A DNA stretch of 64,000 nt from a virus, in the IMG/VR virus record IMGVR_UViG_3300045960_000114, positions 64,001 through 128,000 of that record; one strand, 5' to 3'. This document shows, piece by piece, positions 20,532-28,619 of this stretch; the stretch's first letter is position 1, and each line of letters opens with the position of its first letter. The notes under the pieces are model-generated. The model did no database searches, was not told the origin of the DNA, and worked only from the letters and a program-made list of their open reading frames with translations. The translations under genes were made by a program, and so were the position numbers.

Positions 20532-21023
20532 ATGATAGGCTTTTCCGATCCGTATCAGAAGCTGCGCTACATGATCGAGCATCCGGAGAGCTACACGACT
20601 CAGGGAACGCATAGCATCAAGCTGAACTTCACGGCGCCGGAACTGTACGTAGTCGGGCGCACGCAGGCGTTCCGCATGAAGATCACGGTGGTCAGCACTT
20701 GCCTGGTTGACGAGGCGATCTTCGTCTACTCGAACATGCCTGACGGGACTCAGCGGTTTGAGAACGTGGCTTCACCCAACGACATGTTGGAGTATCCGTT
20801 GAATGCGCCGGACAATCCAGTACGCCCTTACTACAGGCTGGCGTACGCGGACCTGCTGTTCAGGAACCTCGACATGTGTGTCGACGCCGCTGTGGGCGTC
20901 GCCAACGACGTGCTGGAACTGGTTCGGACACTGGATGGCCTGGACAATCTGGCCAATCTTGGGGATCTGGTCATTGGCAACTGCAAACAAAGCTCTTCCT
21001 CCTCATCTTCGTCTAGCGCGTAG
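20532..21023 (+). CDS. Hypothetical protein ending in a 9-Ser tract
   Basis: SD GAGGTG; C-terminus GNCKQ-S9-A. Confidence 0.6.
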   Translation: MIGFSDPYQKLRYMIEHPESYTTQGTHSIKLNFTAPELYVVGRTQAFRMKITVVSTCLVDEAIFVYSNMPDGTQRFENVASPNDMLEYPLNAPDNPVRPYYRLAYADLLFRNLDMCVDAAVGVANDVLELVRTLDGLDNLANLGDLVIGNCKQSSSSSSSSSA

Positions 21024-21024
21024 C

Positions 21025-21351
21025 ATGCCCGGGGGCAAGCCGCCCGCGTCGCAGCCGCTGCCGAGTCGGGAGATGATCCTGACAGACGAGGTACTGCTCT
21101 CGGTAGGCAACCGGCCTGACATCGGTAGTCGCTGGCCTTTTATGAAAATGCGTATCACTGCAGTCAAGGGATGCGGTAGGTGTGGCGCCAAGTCTGCCCG
21201 CCAGACCCTTTATACGGAAGCGACCAGGGTGAAGCGCAATATGGCCTCCCTGCCGCAGGTGGACCGGGACGAACTCAAGCGTATGCTGGGTGCTACAACC
21301 CTGTCCTTCTACCTACCGACCGACCACGGTGTCCAGAAAGTCACCCTCTGA
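21025..21351 (+). CDS. Hypothetical protein with CxxC
   Basis: Start reassigned to ATG 21025, immediately after the upstream stop; KGCGRCG. Confidence 0.5.
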   Translation: MPGGKPPASQPLPSREMILTDEVLLSVGNRPDIGSRWPFMKMRITAVKGCGRCGAKSARQTLYTEATRVKRNMASLPQVDRDELKRMLGATTLSFYLPTDHGVQKVTL

Positions 21352-21379
21352 AGACTCCCGCGTACCCACGTTAGAATAC
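21347..21379 (+). promoter_or_regulatory. Phage promoter-like motif, copy 1 (...CACGTTAGAATAC)
   Basis: One of four intergenic copies of CRCGTTAGnATA. Confidence 0.5.
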
Positions 21380-21421
21380 CATGGACAGGGTTGCTTTCGC
21401 GCGACAGTGGAAAGGAGTCCC

Positions 21422-21541
21422 ATGATGAAGCGAAAGAGACCTAACCACCGAGCCCGAGTTCGTACGGTGGTCGTTGTTCGCGAGCCAACAATGACGAACC
21501 TCGAGAAGGTACGCCTCTTGTTGGCGCTATTCGGGCTGTAG
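21422..21541 (+). CDS. 39-aa basic/hydrophobic peptide (MMKRKRPNHR...LLLALFGL)
   Basis: SD AAGGAG upstream of ATG 21422; directly downstream of the promoter motif. Confidence 0.4.
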   Translation: MMKRKRPNHRARVRTVVVVREPTMTNLEKVRLLLALFGL

Positions 21542-21565
21542 GAGAATACCGTCAGGGGGGTTGTT

Positions 21566-21604
21566 AACGAGGCGGCGGCCCGGACGGGGGGCCGCCTCCT
21601 CGTT
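21566..21604. terminator. 16-bp inverted repeat (1 mismatch), terminator/attenuator-like
   Basis: AACGAGGCGGCGGCCC ... GGGCCGCCTCCTCGTT. Confidence 0.5.
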
Positions 21605-21630
21605 GCGGTATTTTTAGATATCAGGTTACC

Positions 21631-21658
21631 TTGACACGAACAATCCGTTTGTTATCCT
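21631..21658 (+). promoter_or_regulatory. Sigma70-like promoter
   Basis: TTGACA-16-TATCCT with TG extension, 26 nt upstream of ATG 21685. Confidence 0.45.
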
Positions 21659-21684
21659 TCGAACAACTGGTTAAGGAGAAAACC

Positions 21685-21990
21685 ATGATCAAGATTGCTG
21701 GCGTTCGGGTGGCTGACGACAAGCTGTGCGTCATCGTTGAGGGCGAGACGGGTGATGAAGTCGTGTCGGCTGATGCGCGGCGCCTGGCCTACGACGAACG
21801 GCGTAAGCATGGTTTCGAGCAGGCCGGATTGGACGCGGTGGCACGCCCGTACGCCATCGATCGGGCGAAGCTGAAGCCGGATGACGATAATGCCGGCGTT
21901 TGCACGCTGCCGGACCAGCTGAAGGAAGCCATGGCCAACAAGACGTTGGCGTTCCGTGCCGAATACATCCTCACGCGCATGCTCGTCTAA
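21685..21990 (+). CDS. Hypothetical protein
   Basis: Start reassigned to ATG 21685 (SD AAGGAG). Confidence 0.6.
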   Translation: MIKIAGVRVADDKLCVIVEGETGDEVVSADARRLAYDERRKHGFEQAGLDAVARPYAIDRAKLKPDDDNAGVCTLPDQLKEAMANKTLAFRAEYILTRMLV

Positions 21991-21999
21991 GGAGGTTAC

Positions 22000-22515
22000 A
22001 TGGCCCATCTCTACCCGATCCAGTCGCTCGATACGCTGGGCATCGAGCGGTCGTCTGTCAACACGCTGGCGTCACTCCTGGGGTTGGATCCGAAAAAGCT
22101 GGATGACGGTATCACCCACGGCATGCTGATGGTGATACTGGTCTACGATACGCTCTGCCTGATGGACATCCCGCCGGAGAAGGCCGTGTTCATCGTCAGG
22201 ACGTACGCGGGCAGGCTTTCCCATCTGGGTGTCGAACTTCTCGAGAAGGAAGGTGAGCTGCCGATGGTCACGCTGATGATCGCGGACAAGCGGTACGTCT
22301 ACCTGCCCAACGAGAAGGAGATCATAGATCTCGCGCAGATGGTCCTGGTTGAAGGGCTGCCGATGCCTGTTGTGCAGACGACTCTCGTCCTGACAGAGCT
22401 GTTTGTACGCGCCGTAAGAATTCTTGCTGCGAACCCTGGCGAGCAGCCTGAAGCGGAAGCTGGGCCAATGACTCCGCTAACCGCTGAAGCCGCGAAGCCA
22501 CAAACTCCTCAATAG
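22000..22515 (+). CDS. Hypothetical protein
   Basis: SD AAGGAGG. Confidence 0.6.
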   Translation: MAHLYPIQSLDTLGIERSSVNTLASLLGLDPKKLDDGITHGMLMVILVYDTLCLMDIPPEKAVFIVRTYAGRLSHLGVELLEKEGELPMVTLMIADKRYVYLPNEKEIIDLAQMVLVEGLPMPVVQTTLVLTELFVRAVRILAANPGEQPEAEAGPMTPLTAEAAKPQTPQ

Positions 22516-23068
22516 CGATTTTCATTTCCTGCTGGCTGCTCCAGTAGGATTTCGCTTCGATCCCGTCCCCCTCAAGGCTGTCGTTTATGTCTTGAGTGAG
22601 GTCGGGCATGTCCGCATAGGGCTTTAGCACCGACGGGGGCGATGTGAGCCCCTCCTCGTTCAACTTGAGCCCCATATAGCTGCGGATCTCGTTGTTGAAG
22701 GTCTCACCGTCTTCAGGCGGGTCCACCAGGGAGATCTCAGTGATGCCCCAGGCCAGCTCATGTGAATCGGCTGGGTCGAAGGTCTCGAAGTCGGCTTCTG
22801 TGCCGCTCAGCGCGCGGCACGTCTGCAGGAACACGTCCAGGTTCGAGTAGAACATGTTGGTCGTGATGCAGGTGACCAGCGCGTTCAGCTTGTCCTGGTT
22901 GACCGCCGGTACCATCACGCCGTATTCGCTGTGGATCTCTTTGGTCAGCGTTTCGGGCGCCCAGTCAAGCATCTCAGTGCCAAAGCGGTCCAACAGACCA
23001 ATCAGCAAGGTAGTCCCAATGGACTCCTTGTCGGACAACAGTCCAGCCAAGACCCGGTCTGAGTGCAT
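22322..23068 (-). CDS. Hypothetical protein (acidic, helical); C-terminal part overlaps the converging gene
   Basis: Co-oriented with 23075-24802 and separated by 6 nt. Confidence 0.55.
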   Translation of the reverse strand: MHSDRVLAGLLSDKESIGTTLLIGLLDRFGTEMLDWAPETLTKEIHSEYGVMVPAVNQDKLNALVTCITTNMFYSNLDVFLQTCRALSGTEADFETFDPADSHELAWGITEISLVDPPEDGETFNNEIRSYMGLKLNEEGLTSPPSVLKPYADMPDLTQDINDSLEGDGIEAKSYWSSQQEMKIAIEEFVASRLQRLAESLAQLPLQAARQGSQQEFLRRVQTALSGRESSAQQASAALQPGPSARDL

Positions 23069-23074
23069 TTTCTT

Positions 23075-24802
23075 TTACTCGTAGCGGAACTTGCGCCGCA
23101 TGTCCTCGGGCGTTTCCTCACGCCGGCGCGCCGGACCTTCGAGTCCGCGTTGCGCAGGCGCTGAGCTGGTCATGCCGTGTAGGGCGAGCCCTGCGCCAGT
23201 ACCGAGTAGCCCGGCGCCGAGGTTTTCCTTGCCGCCGACAAACTTCCTGAACTGCGTGCCGTACTTCTTCTTTTCATGCAGCTTGTTGATGAGCCGCTCG
23301 GCCCAGCCACCAACCTGGGGGATGAAGGGGGTATCACGTCCAGCGGCTTCCTTTCCCTCCATCTTCTCGAGTTTCGTGTAATACTTCTTGTCCTCGACCA
23401 GATGATCCTTGGCGATCTCCTTGGCGATCGCGGGGCTATCCGTGTGTTCCTTCTCCGTCTCGACGCCCTTGTTCAGTTGGGCTGCGGGAAACGTACTGTC
23501 CGGCTTGTTGTCAGCCAGACCCCCCTTGATCTTATCCTCGCTGGCCTTGTGGAGCTGCACGTTCTGCGGGTGCACGAGCTGGGTGGTGAATGGCTTGCGG
23601 GTCTGGACGTTGGCGCCCTTCGAGCGGAAGTAGTCGGCCAGGGCGTCCACACTGAAGTCGATGTTGCCGCACTTGCCACCGGCGGACTTCTCGAGCTGGA
23701 TCACGCGCTCGAGCAGGTCGGCGTCGTTGCGGGGAAGCGTGGGTGCGACCTCGGCGAACTTCTCCGGATCGAACTTGCCATTCTCGTCCTTGATGGCATC
23801 AGCAAACTCGCTGCCCAGCACTTCGGCGATCTTCTCGACAGGCAGCTCGGAGAAGGCGCTGATCGGGTAGACGTTGCCGTTCTGCAGTACGACGTGTTGG
23901 CCCGCGAGTTCAGCAGCAGCCTTCTCCTGTACATCGAAGAAGATCTCCTCCGGCAGTTCAACACCGTGGATGTAGTGATTGCAGATGCCAGTGGCACGGT
24001 CGACTTCATCGACTAGCTCGGCCAGCTTCAAAAAGGTGTCGGTGTCGGGCTTGTCCATCTCGCCCACCATGGTGGCGACCTTCGCCATGTTGACTTGGAC
24101 CTCGTTGCGCGGGTCCAGCTTGCCCATCATCAGCACGCGATTGGCCAGCTTCTCGGCGGCCCACTGCGGATGCGTCGTGCCGATGCCGGCGGCCTTGGTC
24201 AGGTAGCTTTCGGTTTCGATGTCGAACGAGAGCCCGCCGACGGGCACGTTTTCGGCGCCGGTCTTGTCGATCTCGGCGGCCTTGAGCAGAATGCGCTGTG
24301 CGGCGGCTTTGCGCATCGGATAGGTGTAGCTGAACCGGTCAGCGTAAAGCCTTTCGCCGGCGATCTTGACGGAGACGGGCGTGGGCATCGGCAGCCGGCG
24401 TACCTTGTGGCTGTCCACGTTGGCCACGATGGCATATTCGCTGTCGGGCAGGCTCGGTTCGTCGAAGCGGGACATTTTCTCCCACTTCTTGTTGAAGTCG
24501 TCCACCAGACCGCGAATTTTCCAGTAATCTGCGCACTTGATAATACGGTCTTGAACCAGCGTGCACTGGTCCTTAGGATAGAGTTTGGCGACCTGCTGGA
24601 AGTAGGCGTTCGCCAACCACGTTGCCGCCTTTGTGTGGCAAGGGAACTTCCGGCGGATGGGATCGGCGAAGGCGCTGGACGGGAGCTGTTTCACAGGCTC
24701 CATCTCAGCGGACTTCACGAATTCCGGAATCCCTACCAGCTTGTCCAAGGCGTACAGTTGCTGGTGGTTGACGTCGTCATTGACATCCATGGGGTTGAAC
24801 AT
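23075..24802 (-). CDS. Putative head-associated protein containing a DUF5661-like module and several K-x-A motifs
   Basis: KGVETEKEHTDSPAIAKEIAKDHLVEDKKYYTKL (about 23341-23548), flanked by HKAS and KEAA. Confidence 0.6.
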   Translation of the reverse strand: MFNPMDVNDDVNHQQLYALDKLVGIPEFVKSAEMEPVKQLPSSAFADPIRRKFPCHTKAATWLANAYFQQVAKLYPKDQCTLVQDRIIKCADYWKIRGLVDDFNKKWEKMSRFDEPSLPDSEYAIVANVDSHKVRRLPMPTPVSVKIAGERLYADRFSYTYPMRKAAAQRILLKAAEIDKTGAENVPVGGLSFDIETESYLTKAAGIGTTHPQWAAEKLANRVLMMGKLDPRNEVQVNMAKVATMVGEMDKPDTDTFLKLAELVDEVDRATGICNHYIHGVELPEEIFFDVQEKAAAELAGQHVVLQNGNVYPISAFSELPVEKIAEVLGSEFADAIKDENGKFDPEKFAEVAPTLPRNDADLLERVIQLEKSAGGKCGNIDFSVDALADYFRSKGANVQTRKPFTTQLVHPQNVQLHKASEDKIKGGLADNKPDSTFPAAQLNKGVETEKEHTDSPAIAKEIAKDHLVEDKKYYTKLEKMEGKEAAGRDTPFIPQVGGWAERLINKLHEKKKYGTQFRKFVGGKENLGAGLLGTGAGLALHGMTSSAPAQRGLEGPARRREETPEDMRRKFRYE

Positions 24803-27431
24803 GCCGCAGACTCCTGCAAGGGACCTGAGTAAACACTTCGGTCACGCCCCCATCCTAGCCCTCGCTGGGGTAAGCGTCAAGGGTGCCGTGCCCGATGTAA
24901 CCAGGTGTCCCTTCTGCTCCAGCGATACGCTATGCATCATGCCCGACCCTATGAGCGGTGGCGCGACGTGGATCCACTGCGGCGACTGCGGCTTCTGCGG
25001 CGACACGATCGAGCTATACTGCAAGATGCACAACAAGGATATCCGCGAAGGGATCTATCGGGCCATCTCCGACGGCGTGGCTGGTGCTATAACCGACATC
25101 AACGATCTGATCATCGGGCTGTACATCGAAAACTACCCCGAGATACGCGCCAAGCATCAGTCCGTATGGAAGCTGGTGAACGGGCATGTCGTAGGCGACC
25201 TGACACCCGAGATCATCGGTCGGATACAAGATGACCATCTGTGGACGGGCTGGCGCGGGAATGGGCGCGACCGGTTCGCCATGTGCCTGGGCGCAGCGCG
25301 GCGCAAGGAGATCGTGCGGTTCTTCCCCGGCGAACGTGAAATCATGCCGCGCGACTTCAAGGTTCCGCTGGTGGTTAATTACCAGGACGTGCCGGGCAGA
25401 ATCAGCGCGTTCCACTTCATCGGCGAATCTGGCGACCTGGCGTTGAAGGTGCTGGGTACAGAGGTTCGGCAGCAAGCCTTCGAAGGCGGGCTGGCCATGC
25501 TCGATTTCCTGCGCCCATTCGAGGGTACGGTTTTCGCCGTAGGAAATCCAATGGTGGCACTGCATCTGCACAAGCTGAACTTCATGGATTCGAACATACC
25601 GGCGAAGATCATCTGCTACAACGAGTGCACCAGCTCGGCGTGGCAGTACGTCAACGCGAAGAAGGTGGTCTTCTGGAATGATGAGATCACCTGGCGGATC
25701 TTCGACCAGGCCAAGCGCGTGCAGAATGCTGAGATCGCGGTACGACCCAATCCACGCAGAAATGAGTGGCATTCCTACTTCGCTGATACCACCGTGGAAG
25801 GCACGCTTTCCATCATGGAGCGGGCAGCCAAACCGTGGCACCAGTTCTTTGCTGAGTGGGTGACGAGCCTACCACGCGACGAGGACGCCCGGCAGGCCAT
25901 TCAGCTGCTGGCGCTCAACCAATACGAGTACAACAAGGTGCTGGACAGCTGCCCGACCAGTCTGCGCAAGAAGGTCGAGTCGCTGTTCCAGAATGTTAAA
26001 CCGGTCACGACCATCATTGTCAATAAGCACCGGTACGTGGAGCAGGACGACGGATGGTGGGAAATGCATCCGCGCGTGGGCAAGGACCTGGTCAGCGACG
26101 CGGTCATTAAGGTCGGACGTGAGGTGTGTGACAGTCGGACCGGCACTATTTACTGGGCAGGTACCATCAAGTTCCACGGGCAGAACGTCCCGTTCAACTG
26201 CGAGCTGGACAAGATCGAGAAGAACACGGCCAAGTGGATGCGGGAAGTCCTTGGTAGGGCTGGACTTGGCTCACCTATCACCCGCCCGAATACGCCTGTC
26301 CTGACAGCGCTGGCTAAGGCGTTCAGCAACCCCAAGACATCTGTGCTGCAGCCCAGGATCGGCATACAGGCGGATGGGTCGTTCATCATGCCCTGCTTCA
26401 CCATGGTTGATGGCCGTATAACCCCAACAGGGGATGTGTCTTACGAGTATATGCCCGCTACTGGCGTTTCCCCGCCAACCAAGCGCGCCAGCTTCGAATT
26501 CGAGCCTTTACCCGGGCAGGCTGTCTGGCTCGCAATGGCAGCCGTCTACGTCGCGCAGCAGGTGGCAGTCCTACATGGTCTGAGCCCGCGCTCGGCAGCT
26601 GTTGTTGGCGCTCCTGGTTCAACCGGGCGGACGGTGGTTCGCCACCTGGCCAGCACGACGGGCATGTTGAAGTACGTCCCATCTGGCGGAAAGTTGACAG
26701 ATGCGAAGGCGATCCTGGAGAACATGCGCCAGTTCGACTACTCGTACTTCATTGAGCCAGAGGCACCTGGCCGGTTGGCTTTCTGGCCGCAGACCCCAAC
26801 AAACCCCGTGTTTGTGGCAACCAACATCATTGAGGCGGCGGCATTTGGCGCAATGAGCAACTGGGTCGTGGTGATCGGTAACGACAAGCCGAAAGGCAAG
26901 TTGCCGGGCATGGACGTCATCCTGGACTATATTGCCCACCTTCAGCAGCGTGAGTTCAAGTTTGAGGGCAGCGGCACCTTCGAGCGGATGGTGCTTTATG
27001 ATATGTGCGACGTCCTGAACGTGCCGCCGGAGCTTCGCAAGATGGCCGACGCCTCGCTTCTAACGCTGACACCAGGCGAATGGATGATCAAGCTGTCTCA
27101 ACTGCTTCTGCGCACTGGGAACATGCTCTTCATCCATCGCCCGTTTGTCGACTCGATTGAGGATTCAGCGGCGCCCAAGATCAGGGGCCGGGTGAAGTAC
27201 CTTATGTTCGACGATGCCGCCGAAAAGGTGTTGCTGATGGACTTCGCTATACGCGAGGCAATCCGGCGCAACATCTATCCCACGCCCGATCTCTACGCTT
27301 GCGGTGAAGACCTGATCCGGCGGGAGATGGCAACTGCCGCGCCGGATACTGTTGGGGGCTGGGTACTCGAGCTGGCGGAGTGGAACCGGATAGGGTTGGT
27401 CCACCTGGATAAGCCCCTGGCTGATAGCTAA
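24801..27431 (+). CDS. Large primase-like protein (N-terminal CHC2-type Zn finger, divergent remainder)
   Basis: RCPFC...WIHCGDCGFCGDTIEL; start reassigned to ATG 24801; no clear intact TOPRIM or Walker A downstream. Confidence 0.5.
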   Translation: MPQTPARDLSKHFGHAPILALAGVSVKGAVPDVTRCPFCSSDTLCIMPDPMSGGATWIHCGDCGFCGDTIELYCKMHNKDIREGIYRAISDGVAGAITDINDLIIGLYIENYPEIRAKHQSVWKLVNGHVVGDLTPEIIGRIQDDHLWTGWRGNGRDRFAMCLGAARRKEIVRFFPGEREIMPRDFKVPLVVNYQDVPGRISAFHFIGESGDLALKVLGTEVRQQAFEGGLAMLDFLRPFEGTVFAVGNPMVALHLHKLNFMDSNIPAKIICYNECTSSAWQYVNAKKVVFWNDEITWRIFDQAKRVQNAEIAVRPNPRRNEWHSYFADTTVEGTLSIMERAAKPWHQFFAEWVTSLPRDEDARQAIQLLALNQYEYNKVLDSCPTSLRKKVESLFQNVKPVTTIIVNKHRYVEQDDGWWEMHPRVGKDLVSDAVIKVGREVCDSRTGTIYWAGTIKFHGQNVPFNCELDKIEKNTAKWMREVLGRAGLGSPITRPNTPVLTALAKAFSNPKTSVLQPRIGIQADGSFIMPCFTMVDGRITPTGDVSYEYMPATGVSPPTKRASFEFEPLPGQAVWLAMAAVYVAQQVAVLHGLSPRSAAVVGAPGSTGRTVVRHLASTTGMLKYVPSGGKLTDAKAILENMRQFDYSYFIEPEAPGRLAFWPQTPTNPVFVATNIIEAAAFGAMSNWVVVIGNDKPKGKLPGMDVILDYIAHLQQREFKFEGSGTFERMVLYDMCDVLNVPPELRKMADASLLTLTPGEWMIKLSQLLLRTGNMLFIHRPFVDSIEDSAAPKIRGRVKYLMFDDAAEKVLLMDFAIREAIRRNIYPTPDLYACGEDLIRREMATAAPDTVGGWVLELAEWNRIGLVHLDKPLADS

Positions 27432-27460
27432 AAAGAACCCCACAAACACGTTAGCATAAC
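27427..27460 (+). promoter_or_regulatory. Phage promoter-like motif, copy 2 (AAAAGAACCCC...CACGTTAGCATAAC)
   Basis: Recurrent motif upstream of the 27576 unit. Confidence 0.5.
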
Positions 27461-27575
27461 ATGGAGCGTTCCGTAGCTGTCACGCGACAGATATCGGCAT
27501 GCCCCAAAAGTCGTCACGAATAGAACGTGGCGCTCGTAGCCAACCCGCGAAACGTGGTTGGAAAAGGAGTGACGT

Positions 27576-28100
27576 ATGTTCAACCTGAAGGCGCTGACCA
27601 CGATGTTGAAGGGTCTCCTGTGGATCAACGAGATCCATGCAACCAAAGGAAAGTATGCGGAGGAGATCCAGGAAGGCCGGACGGGCAGATTGGAGGACCT
27701 ATGGAAAAAGGGGACGTGGAAGGAAGGTAATTGGGATGCCTACGTGTCGGGTTACCAGATCCAGTTGGCACGCACGGCGCCTCAGACTGGTGATTACAAT
27801 GTAGATACTGAGCGGTTCTATCTCCGCCGATGTGGTGAAACGTGGTACGTCTATCATGGGTTCGAGAGCTCGGATGGCCGTTTTCCGGGATCGTATTACG
27901 AACGGCCCAGCCCCTACGGGTTGGTGCTGGCCTTCTATTTCCACGAAGGTCGGCTGGTTGAAAAGCAGGTAGAGCTGATCTTCAAGAAGGATCTGGAGGT
28001 GTTCTACTCCATCCTGGAAAAGAAGGCGGAGAAGAAGGCGGAGAAGGAACCTACCCTTTCCGAGGCGGAAAGAGGGGGCGACGTTTACGACCCGTTGTAG
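27576..28100 (+). CDS. Hypothetical protein
   Basis: SD AAGGAG. Confidence 0.6.
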   Translation: MFNLKALTTMLKGLLWINEIHATKGKYAEEIQEGRTGRLEDLWKKGTWKEGNWDAYVSGYQIQLARTAPQTGDYNVDTERFYLRRCGETWYVYHGFESSDGRFPGSYYERPSPYGLVLAFYFHEGRLVEKQVELIFKKDLEVFYSILEKKAEKKAEKEPTLSEAERGGDVYDPL

Positions 28101-28123
28101 GCAAACTTTCTAAGGAGAAACAC

Positions 28124-28489
28124 GTGATCGAGAAATTGAAGGAGCTTGTAAAGAAGTCGACGTGGGGGCAGCGATACATTGTAGCGTTGTCCCTGGTGGT
28201 TGTGACCCACCTGCTGGGTGGGTTAAGCGACCACAAGTTTCTGTACGGCCACGTACATAACTTTGGGGGTGAGCAGCAACAACAGCAGAACAACTCCGAT
28301 CCGGACGGTTTCGGATCATATTTTCTAGGTCTGATCGGACAGGGAAACAAGACATGTTCCTCCTGTCGCGGCTCAGGTCGCTCGAGTACGCAGTGTATGA
28401 GCTGTCGCGGAAGCGGGCGGTATGGCTACGGCCCGTGTAATACATGCGGGGGTACTGGTTTTGCCCCTTGCGTGAGTTGTCGTAGGTGA
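28124..28489 (+). CDS. Membrane-anchored DnaJ-type CxxCxGxG zinc-finger protein
   Basis: TM segment IVALSLVVVTHLLGGL; CSSCRGSG, CMSCRGSG, CNTCGGTG, CVSC; SD AAGGAG. Confidence 0.7.
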   Translation: MIEKLKELVKKSTWGQRYIVALSLVVVTHLLGGLSDHKFLYGHVHNFGGEQQQQQNNSDPDGFGSYFLGLIGQGNKTCSSCRGSGRSSTQCMSCRGSGRYGYGPCNTCGGTGFAPCVSCRR

Positions 28490-28585
28490 AACAGCGAAGG
28501 GTGATCGCGATGATCGCCGTGATTTGTCCCTGCGATATGGGGCGGTGCAGGGAGGGCAAATCACGGCCATGAGGATTACCCGGAG

Positions 28586-28619
28586 AGAACCCCCAACCGA
28601 AAGGTTGGGGGTTTTCTTT
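28586..28619. terminator. Bidirectional intrinsic terminator
   Basis: AACCCCCAACC-GAAA-GGTTGGGGGTT followed by TTCTTT, between converging genes. Confidence 0.8.

Noticed and set aside
24633-24800. N-terminal extension of the primase-like ORF given in the track (similar extensions at 14166, 20803, 21631, 29487, 41530, 42301, 44195, 61382)
   Set aside because: The extensions overlap other genes or regulatory DNA, and better SD-linked or motif-aligned starts exist downstream.
28020-28047. 12-bp tandem repeat AAGAAGGCGGAG x2
   Set aside because: It only encodes KKAEKKAE in a protein tail; two copies, no regulatory context.
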